A stretch of DNA of 64,000 nucleotides from an uncultured Clostridium sp. Its GTDB lineage: Bacteria; Bacillota; Clostridia; TANB77; CAG-508. The number at the start of each line of letters is the position of its first letter. Position 1 is the first letter of the stretch. Position numbers and translations under genes: made by a program. The stretch spans positions 535-64,534 of the forward strand of contig USBY01000008.1 of NCBI GenBank assembly GCA_900553015.1, read 5' to 3'. The notes below the pieces were generated by a model. The model searched no databases. It was not told the DNA's origin and saw only the letters and a program-made list of their open reading frames with translations. This document shows, piece by piece, positions 57,127-64,000 of the stretch.

Positions 57127-58269
57127 ATGATTAAAAAAGTAGCAATTTTAGCAAATGGTGGAGATGTTTCAGGTTTTAATGCTGTTATAAGAGCAATTAA
57201 AAAGACTTGTGAAACAAATGGAATTGAATGTTATGGTTATATTGATGGATACAGAGGTCTTGTAAACAATAATTACATTCGTTTAGATGGAAACGAAAAA
57301 GCTTCTGGTATTTTAACAAAAGGAGGTTCTATTATAGGTTCTTCAACAAATGCTATAGTATTCCATTATAAAGTAGAACATGAAGATGGAACAGTTACTT
57401 ACGAAGATTTATCAGACCAATGTGTAAGAAATGTAAAAGAAGCAGGATTTGACTGTGTATTTACATTAGGTGGAGATAGTACACAAAAATCTGCAAGAGA
57501 CTTATATTTAAAAGGAATTAACACAATAGGTGTTCCAAAAACAATAGATAATGATGTTGCTTGTACAGATGTTACATTTGGATATAATACAGCTGTTCAT
57601 GTTGCAACAGAAGCTTTAGATAGATTACATACAACTGCAGAAACACATGACAGAATAATGGTACTAGAAGTTATGGGTAGATTTGCTGGTTGGATAGCTT
57701 TAGAGTCTGCTATTTCTGGAGGTGCAGATGTTGCTTTAATACCAGAGATTCCATATGACATAAATAAAGCAGCTGCAGCAATTAATAAAAGAAAAGAAAA
57801 CGGAAAAAGATTTAGCGTTGTTGTTGTATCAGAAGGAGCTCATCCAATAAATGAAGAACAAACAACACATGAAGCAGAAGGCATAGATAATAAAGCTGGA
57901 ATAAGTGTAAAATTTGGCGGAGAAGGAAATAGAGTTGCAAAAGAACTAAAAGAATTAACTGGTTTAGATTCTAGATGTACAATTTTAGGATACATGCAAA
58001 GAGGCGGAACTCCAACAGCATATGATAGAGTTTTATCTACAAAATATGGTGCAAAAGCAATGGAACTTGCAATGGAAGGAAAATTTGGAGTTTTAACAGT
58101 TATCAAAAATGGAAAATTAGATTGTGTTCCATTAGAAGTTGTTGTTGGTGAAAACAAAGAGATTGGTGCTGTTCAAGGTGGTACAGCAGAAAGTAACGTA
58201 AGATATGTTACAATGGACGATGATTTAGTAAAAACAGCAAGAGATATTGGAATTTGTTTAGGTGACTAA
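57127..58269 (+). CDS. pfkA: 6-phosphofructokinase
   Basis: GGDVSGFNA, LGGDST, GVPKTIDNDV, EVMGR, MQRGG motifs. Confidence 0.88.
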   Translation: MIKKVAILANGGDVSGFNAVIRAIKKTCETNGIECYGYIDGYRGLVNNNYIRLDGNEKASGILTKGGSIIGSSTNAIVFHYKVEHEDGTVTYEDLSDQCVRNVKEAGFDCVFTLGGDSTQKSARDLYLKGINTIGVPKTIDNDVACTDVTFGYNTAVHVATEALDRLHTTAETHDRIMVLEVMGRFAGWIALESAISGGADVALIPEIPYDINKAAAAINKRKENGKRFSVVVVSEGAHPINEEQTTHEAEGIDNKAGISVKFGGEGNRVAKELKELTGLDSRCTILGYMQRGGTPTAYDRVLSTKYGAKAMELAMEGKFGVLTVIKNGKLDCVPLEVVVGENKEIGAVQGGTAESNVRYVTMDDDLVKTARDIGICLGD

Positions 58270-58287
58270 TTTAAAAATTAATTTAAG

Positions 58288-58329
58288 AATCCATATTGTT
58301 ATATGAATGTTTAACAATGTGGATTTTTT
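58288..58329 (+). terminator. rho-independent terminator after pfk
   Basis: AATCCATATTGTT / AACAATGTGGATT 13-bp stem (one G-U) followed by T-run. Confidence 0.8.
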
Positions 58330-58397
58330 CTTTGTCTAAACAAGAAATAATTATTGATTAAATTATGTTAACATGAATGTAAGCTTATTGACACAAA

Positions 58398-58426
58398 TTG
58401 ACATAATATTATAAAATCAGTATAAT
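58398..58426 (+). promoter_or_regulatory. sigma-A type promoter for 58463
   Basis: TTGACA, 17 nt, TATAAT. Confidence 0.65.
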
Positions 58427-58462
58427 TAATAATGGAATAAATATGTTGAAAGGGGAAGAAAC

Positions 58463-59467
58463 ATGATAAAAGTGAAAAACAATCTTAATGCAATTGTATT
58501 ACGGAAAAAACTTATCAATAACTCTAAAGATGTAGTACATATTGGGGATAGTAAATCTAATCCCTATGAAACTATGGCGCCAGCATGGACGTCTAACGAA
58601 AACAGTGGTTATATCCGTCAAATCTTAAAAACTTCTGATTCAGTTCTATCTGTAGCCAGTACATTAGACAATGTTATAGATATGGCATTATATGGAATAC
58701 GAAATATATATGCTGTAGATATAAATCCATCACAGCTACCTGTATCTTGGCTTAAGTACGCTTCTGTTGTTTATCTTAAGGAATATTCGGAGTTTTATGA
58801 TTTTGTAGTATCAACATCTGAGAATGCACTTTCTAGAAAAATTGCCAACAAAATATTAAATGCTGAAGAAACAATAACTGAAGAAAACAAGTTCTGGAGA
58901 ATGCTATATAATGATAACACAGCAACAGATATTCGCCGGAAATATTTCTTAAATGAGCCATATTATATAGACAAACACATGAAAAGAGTAATGCATTTTG
59001 ACTATATAAAGCCGGACAGATGGAATGAAGCAAAAGAGGCATTAGATGCATCTACAATATATGTAGAAAATAGTGATATTTTTAACATCTACCTGCCAGA
59101 TAACGCATTTGATGTGATATATCTATCAAACTTACATAATTTTTATACACCTAATGATTATGTGAGTAAGATTAGAAAAATGCATAGTCATTTAAGAAAC
59201 AAAGGCCGAATTCTTTTATACTGCATAGGCATGAAAGAAAACTGGTTTTATGCATGGGACAGAAGAATATCACCGGATATATCTGCTGATGATTTTGATC
59301 AGAATTACAGAGAATTCTTTGATGAGATTAGGAGACAGATAATAGAAACAATGATAATGTATTCAATGTTAAAAGAAGAATTCAAAGTATTGATCATTCC
59401 TCTTAAAACAGGAGGAGGCTATATGTACTATAATACACCAACCGATTGTGTCTTAGTTATACAGTAA
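58463..59467 (+). CDS. DUF3419 (BtaA-like) / SAM-dependent methyltransferase-fold protein
   Basis: VLSVASTLDNVIDMALYGIRNIYAVDINPSQ and FDVIYLSNLHNF resemble DUF3419. Locally G+C-richer. Confidence 0.45.
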   Translation: MIKVKNNLNAIVLRKKLINNSKDVVHIGDSKSNPYETMAPAWTSNENSGYIRQILKTSDSVLSVASTLDNVIDMALYGIRNIYAVDINPSQLPVSWLKYASVVYLKEYSEFYDFVVSTSENALSRKIANKILNAEETITEENKFWRMLYNDNTATDIRRKYFLNEPYYIDKHMKRVMHFDYIKPDRWNEAKEALDASTIYVENSDIFNIYLPDNAFDVIYLSNLHNFYTPNDYVSKIRKMHSHLRNKGRILLYCIGMKENWFYAWDRRISPDISADDFDQNYREFFDEIRRQIIETMIMYSMLKEEFKVLIIPLKTGGGYMYYNTPTDCVLVIQ

Positions 59468-59498
59468 ACAGTAGAGTGGAAACTTTAATCATTAATTT

Positions 59499-59537
59499 AA
59501 CCGGAGGGAAGCGTAATTCCTCCGGTTTCTTCGTTTT
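59499..59537 (+). terminator. GC-rich rho-independent terminator after 58463
   Basis: AACCGGAGGGAA / TTCCTCCGGTT stem followed by TCTTCGTTTT. Confidence 0.7.
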
Positions 59538-59629
59538 AACAATACAAAACTCTTAAATCTATAAAGAAAATTTGAAAATACTATAAAGTAGTGATATAAT
59601 TTATTAAAAATTTATAGGAGGTATATGTT

Positions 59630-59767
59630 ATGGGAAGAAAACATCGGAGGTCAGTAGAATCAAAAGATAGGCAGGAATGGAAGAAAGGTCCTGATGGAAA
59701 GTGGGAGCTTGTTTCAAGAAGGGACAGAAAACTTAACCATGAAAAGGAAAGCTTAAGAAAACCATAA
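59630..59767 (+). CDS. small basic protein, 45 aa (not in the ORF track)
   Basis: ATG 59630 is 8 nt after AGGAGG. MGRKHRRSVESKDRQEWKKGPDGKWELVSRRDRKLNHEKESLRKP. Followed by its own terminator. Confidence 0.45.
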   Translation: MGRKHRRSVESKDRQEWKKGPDGKWELVSRRDRKLNHEKESLRKP

Positions 59768-59773
59768 CATACA

Positions 59774-59816
59774 ATAGGGTTGTAGCATATCAATGATGCT
59801 ATAATCCTATTTTTTT
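59774..59816 (+). terminator. rho-independent terminator after the small basic ORF
   Basis: ATAGGGTTGTAGCAT / ATGCTATAATCCTAT stem (two G-U) followed by T7. Confidence 0.7.
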
Positions 59817-59888
59817 GTCAAAAATAATGTTATTAAATTATATTAAACTGGAAATACTTATATAAATTATAAAATGGAGGTAGACATT

Positions 59889-61442
59889 ATGAAAATATAT
59901 ATAAATGGGGATTTTATAACTCTGGAAAATGACAATATAGGAGCGATTGCAACAGAAAATGATAAAATTATAAAAACAGGATCTAAAGATGAAATAATAA
60001 AATTAGCAGATGATAATACAGAGATAATAGATTTAAAAGGGAATACATTGATGCCATCATTTATAGATGCTCATAGCCATATATTTGCGTTAGCTAAAAG
60101 TTTAATGCAGATATCCATAGATGGGTTAACTAGTACAGAAGAAATTAAGAATTGCCTAGCCAAATATAAAAAAGAGAATAGAACAAATGAATGGATTATA
60201 GTAAATGGTTATGATAATAACATATTAAATAATAGAAAACATATTACTAAACAAGAATTAGATGAAATATTTCCAGATACTCCTGTTATTATAGAAAATA
60301 AATCTAGACATAATGGTATTGCAAATAGTAAAGCATTAGAAAAATTAGGCATAACAAAAACAACAGCAGCCCCAGAAGGTGGAAGAATTATTTTTGATAC
60401 AGGATTATTAGAAGAAAATGCATTTATTGATTCTCTTAAAAAGATACCTCTTCCAAAAATAGATGAAATTATGAATGCGTTTAAAAAAGCACAAGAAATA
60501 TATGCATCACATGGAATAACTATGGCACAAGAAGGTGTTATTACAAACGAATTAGCAAAAATATACAAGTTATTGGCAGATAAGCATGAAATATTTCTTG
60601 ATATAGTTGCATACATGGATTACAAAAATGTGGATGAAATAAAGAAGGAATATAGTGAATTTATTAATAAATATAACAATAATTTTAAAATAGGTGGAAT
60701 AAAAATATTTTTAGATGGTTCACCACAGGCAAAGACTGCATGGTTAAGAGAAGCGTATATAAATGAACCAGAATATTATGGATATAGAATAATGAAAGAT
60801 GAAGAGGTAGAAGAAATATTAGAAAATAGTAAAGAAAGCAATTTGCAAATATTAGCTCATTGTAATGGTGATAAAGCAGCAGAACAATATATAAATGCAA
60901 TTAAAAAGGTATCAGGATTAAAAAGACCAGTTATGATACATGCACAGCTCTTAGGTTTAGACCAATTACCTTATGTAAAAAAATATAATATAATACCTTC
61001 ATTCTTTATAAGCCATATATATTATTTTGGAGATATTCATATAAAAAACTTAGGAATGAAACGTGCAGAACATATTAGTCCAGCAGGTTCAACTCTTAAA
61101 CAAAATATATTATTTACTTTTCATCAAGATACACCTGTTATAGAACCAGATATGTTCGAAACAATTTGGTGTGCTGTAAATAGAAGAACAAGAGCTGGTA
61201 AAGTACTAGGAGAAGATGAGAAAATTTCTGTATTAGAAGCCATAAAAGCTGTTACGATAAATGCTGCATATCAATATGGCGAAGAAGAAATAAGAGGAAG
61301 TTTAAAAGCTGGAAAGAAAGCAGATTTAATTATTGTAGACAAAAATCCATTAAAGGTTGCAAAAGATGAACTGCGAAATATAAAGATTTTACAAACAATA
61401 AAGAATGGTAAAGTGATTTGGAAAAATTCTTTGGGATATTAG
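59889..61442 (+). CDS. amidohydrolase family protein (metal-dependent hydrolase)
   Basis: ATG 59889 after GGAGG. PSFIDAHSH metal-binding motif, HCNGD, HQD, C-terminal GSLKAGKKADLIIVD. Confidence 0.82.
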   Translation: MKIYINGDFITLENDNIGAIATENDKIIKTGSKDEIIKLADDNTEIIDLKGNTLMPSFIDAHSHIFALAKSLMQISIDGLTSTEEIKNCLAKYKKENRTNEWIIVNGYDNNILNNRKHITKQELDEIFPDTPVIIENKSRHNGIANSKALEKLGITKTTAAPEGGRIIFDTGLLEENAFIDSLKKIPLPKIDEIMNAFKKAQEIYASHGITMAQEGVITNELAKIYKLLADKHEIFLDIVAYMDYKNVDEIKKEYSEFINKYNNNFKIGGIKIFLDGSPQAKTAWLREAYINEPEYYGYRIMKDEEVEEILENSKESNLQILAHCNGDKAAEQYINAIKKVSGLKRPVMIHAQLLGLDQLPYVKKYNIIPSFFISHIYYFGDIHIKNLGMKRAEHISPAGSTLKQNILFTFHQDTPVIEPDMFETIWCAVNRRTRAGKVLGEDEKISVLEAIKAVTINAAYQYGEEEIRGSLKAGKKADLIIVDKNPLKVAKDELRNIKILQTIKNGKVIWKNSLGY

Positions 61443-61483
61443 TGCGTTCCTTGGGAATTTGGGGACGTTCCTTAAATCCCGAT
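61443..61483. repeat. copy of the dispersed hairpin repeat directly after a stop codon
   Basis: GCGTTCCTTGGGAATTTGGGGACGTTCCTTAAATCCCGA followed by T7. Confidence 0.8.
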
Positions 61484-61657
61484 TTTTTTACATAATAAGT
61501 GTAATTTAATGATAACTTACAATACATTTAGAACAAGATTACTTTATTTATATATGATTTTAACAATTATTTGATTATGTTATATAAAAACTCCTATACA
61601 ATTTATATTTTATATGATATAAAAAATTATGAAAAATATTATAAATGGAGAGAACAA

Positions 61658-62380
61658 ATGATAGAACTAAAAAATGTAAGTAAAGCTTATGTGAAAGATA
61701 AGAAAGTAGTAGAAAATATAAACTTAAAAATAGAAGATGGAATTATTTTCGGATTTATTGGACCAAATGGTGCTGGTAAAACAACGACAATGGAAATGCT
61801 TACAGGCATATTAGATATAGATGAAGGCGAAATTTTAATTGATGGAATAAATATAGAAAAAGAACCTATTAAAGCCAAAAAAGAATTTGGATTTGTACCA
61901 GATTCACCAGATGCATTTGAAAAATTAACCGGTATAGAATATTTGAATTTTATTGGTGATGTATATGGTGTTGATCAAAAAACAAGATATGAGAGAATAT
62001 CAAAACTTGCAAATGAATTTGGAATATATAATTCTTTAAAAGACAGAATACAAGGATATTCACATGGTATGAAACAAAAAATAGTTATTATAGGAGTGTT
62101 ATTACATAATCCTAAAAATTGGATTTTAGATGAACCAATGACTGGATTAGACCCTAAAGCTTCATTCCAATTAAAAGAATTAATGAGAGAACATAGTGAT
62201 AAAGGAAATACAGTATTCTTTTCTACACATGTTTTAGAAGTAGCAGAAAAAATATGTGACAAAATAGCAGTAATAGATAAAGGAAAAATTAAATTTGTTG
62301 GAACTTGTGAAGAACTAAGAGAAAAATGGAAATCTAATAGTTCTTTGGAAGAATTATTCTTAAAAATTATAGAAGAATAG
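61658..62380 (+). CDS. ABC transporter ATP-binding protein
   Basis: ATG 61658 after GGAGAG (track ORF is extended upstream). Walker A GPNGAGKTT, signature YSHGMKQK, Walker B ILDEP. Confidence 0.9.
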   Translation: MIELKNVSKAYVKDKKVVENINLKIEDGIIFGFIGPNGAGKTTTMEMLTGILDIDEGEILIDGINIEKEPIKAKKEFGFVPDSPDAFEKLTGIEYLNFIGDVYGVDQKTRYERISKLANEFGIYNSLKDRIQGYSHGMKQKIVIIGVLLHNPKNWILDEPMTGLDPKASFQLKELMREHSDKGNTVFFSTHVLEVAEKICDKIAVIDKGKIKFVGTCEELREKWKSNSSLEELFLKIIEE

Positions 62381-62391
62381 GATATATAGAG

Positions 62392-64000
62392 ATGAAAGAA
62401 TTAACAAAAGTTATTTTTAAAAATGCTTATAGAAGAGATAATGTAAATAAAGATATTACTGCAAAAATTTTATCAGTTTTTGTTTTTGTCATTATATTTG
62501 GAACAATTTCATCATTAATGGCATTTGCAAGTTATAGATTAACAAATCAGCTTATAGAAGTAGACCAAGCACCAGCATTTATAAATATTATTTTACTTAT
62601 AATGATAGTTTTTTTATTTTCAAGAAGTGTTTTTGAAAGTTTAAATAATTTATACTTTTCTAAGGATTTAAAAATATTTTTACGAATGCCGATAAAACCA
62701 TTACAATTAGTTAAATCAAAGATCAAAAACATGATCGTTTCAGAGTATTTAATGGAACTAATGTTATTAGCCTCACCAATAATTGTATATGGAATAATAA
62801 TGAACGTAAATTATATATTTTATATTTATTCAGCAATAATATTGCTGTTGTTACCAATAATACCAATTGTGCTGACATCACTAATTACTGCAATAATTAT
62901 GAGATTTACAAATGTAATAAAAAACAAGACACAGGTACAATACATAACTGTATTTATAATATTTGTAATTTTAGGAATAATAACTAGTTTATTTTCTACC
63001 GGTGAAGGTTTTTCTACAGATATTTTTACAGAAAGAATGCTTCAAGTTAATGGTTTAATCGAATTGATTTCTGACTATTTTGTAATATTAAAGCCAATAA
63101 TGAATAGTTTACTATATTATCAAGAATTAAGTGGATTAATTAATATTGTAATTTTTGCAGCAGAAAGTATAATTTGTTATTATGTTATGACATGGTTGAT
63201 TTCTAAAGTATACTTAAAAGGAGCTATAGGTGCAACTATAAATGGATCAATAAAAGATAGAATAATAGATGTTAAACTAAAACCAGAAGATTTTAAACCA
63301 AGAAATTCAAAGATAGCATACTTATCAAAGGAACTAAAACAAATTATTAGAACACCTATATTTTGTATGCAATGTATAATATTTCCAGTAGTATTTCCAG
63401 TAGTATTTGTAGGCTTACCAGTTTTTGCATTAATTGCTTTTGCAAGAAGTATAGGATTAGACTTTTTAGCAGATGCACAGCAAAACATATTAAAACCGAT
63501 TGGTGTAGTAATATGCGTATGTATTGCACAGGTATTATACATAATGAACTTTACATCAATTACAGCAATCTCAAGAGAAGGAAAATCTGCTAAATTAATG
63601 AAAACAATTCCTATTGGTCTATATAATCAATTTAAATATAAATTATATCCAGGTCTAATAGCCAATGGAATAATAGCAATAATAATTACAGCATTTTATG
63701 GTCTTTTTATGCCAGAATTTAATTTTATATTAGTTTTAACATTATTTGTTGTATTAATAGAATTATGCTTATTAGAAGAGAAGATAATGGTATTGATAGA
63801 TTTAAATGCACCAAAAATAACGTGGACAAGCGAATATACTATGATGAAGGAAAATGTAAATGTAATGTATGAATTCTTTTATGCTGTAGTTGTTATTATT
63901 TTACTTGCATTAACTACATTTATTTTTAGAAATTCAACAGCATTATTAATATTTTTATTGATAGTATTACTTGCACTTAATGCCTTAATTAATAGATATG
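62392..64000 (+). CDS. ABC exporter permease-like polytopic membrane protein (3' end outside window)
   Basis: I read the frame by hand from ATG 62392 to the window end and found no stop. Many hydrophobic helices. Directly follows the ATPase gene. Confidence 0.7.
   Translation, partial: MKELTKVIFKNAYRRDNVNKDITAKILSVFVFVIIFGTISSLMAFASYRLTNQLIEVDQAPAFINIILLIMIVFLFSRSVFESLNNLYFSKDLKIFLRMPIKPLQLVKSKIKNMIVSEYLMELMLLASPIIVYGIIMNVNYIFYIYSAIILLLLPIIPIVLTSLITAIIMRFTNVIKNKTQVQYITVFIIFVILGIITSLFSTGEGFSTDIFTERMLQVNGLIELISDYFVILKPIMNSLLYYQELSGLINIVIFAAESIICYYVMTWLISKVYLKGAIGATINGSIKDRIIDVKLKPEDFKPRNSKIAYLSKELKQIIRTPIFCMQCIIFPVVFPVVFVGLPVFALIAFARSIGLDFLADAQQNILKPIGVVICVCIAQVLYIMNFTSITAISREGKSAKLMKTIPIGLYNQFKYKLYPGLIANGIIAIIITAFYGLFMPEFNFILVLTLFVVLIELCLLEEKIMVLIDLNAPKITWTSEYTMMKENVNVMYEFFYAVVVIILLALTTFIFRNSTALLIFLLIVLLALNALINRY
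63381..63404 (+). repeat. perfect 12-bp tandem duplication inside the permease gene
   Basis: ATTTCCAGTAGT x2, encoding FPVVFPVVF. Confidence 0.9.

Noticed and set aside
2201-61483. Whether the GGGACGTTCC-containing repeats could be a CRISPR array or integron attC sites.
   Set aside because: The copies are kilobases apart rather than regularly spaced with short unique spacers, and no cas genes are present, so they are not CRISPR. They flank core genes (pheS, spoIIIA) and no integrase or attI is present, so an integron is unsupported. The resemblance of the core to the eukaryotic NF-kB site GGGRNNYYCC is coincidental.
61571-61657. N-terminal extensions of track ORFs. Examples: 61571 for the ABC ATPase, 36903 for ogt, 41173 for the AlbA_2 gene, 44642 for the response regulator, 46457 for GH25.
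   Set aside because: In each case an internal ATG is preceded by a good RBS and coincides with the conserved family N-terminus; the upstream extension lacks an RBS.

Overview
Very AT-rich chromosomal segment of an endospore-forming Firmicute (Clostridia-like). All product names come from motif and family recognition by eye; no searches were run. Core genes: pheS-pheT behind a Phe T-box leader, nrdD-nrdG, rarA, a YebC-family gene, a complete spoIIIAA-AH operon, trmL and pfk. Accessory content: two paralogous ECF sigma/anti-sigma pairs; a VanRS-like two-component system with a GH25 muramidase; and two large redox/detox clusters, one LysR-associated and one TetR-associated. These clusters are rich in aldo/keto reductases, flavodoxins and cyclophilin-like proteins, several of which carry N-terminal membrane anchors. 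I saw no rRNA, tRNA, CRISPR, transposase or integrase genes. The most unusual signals are: (1) a dispersed ~33-bp hairpin repeat (ATAGGGA..GGGGACGTTCC..TCCCTAT) at six intergenic loci, including inside the spoIIIA operon, between the T-box terminator and pheS, and as an inverted pair bracketing a three-gene cassette; (2) a TetR-linked cluster that looks like a trans-membrane electron-delivery module (cytoplasmic flavin reductases, a DUF4405 membrane protein, anchored flavodoxin/FGE/cyclophilin-like domains); (3) five frameshifts and one in-frame stop hitting five genes, four of the five indels at A-runs, which may be assembly error, slippage or real decay; (4) small G+C-richer islets carrying uncharacterised genes. 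No canonical defence or mobile system could be named from sequence alone.
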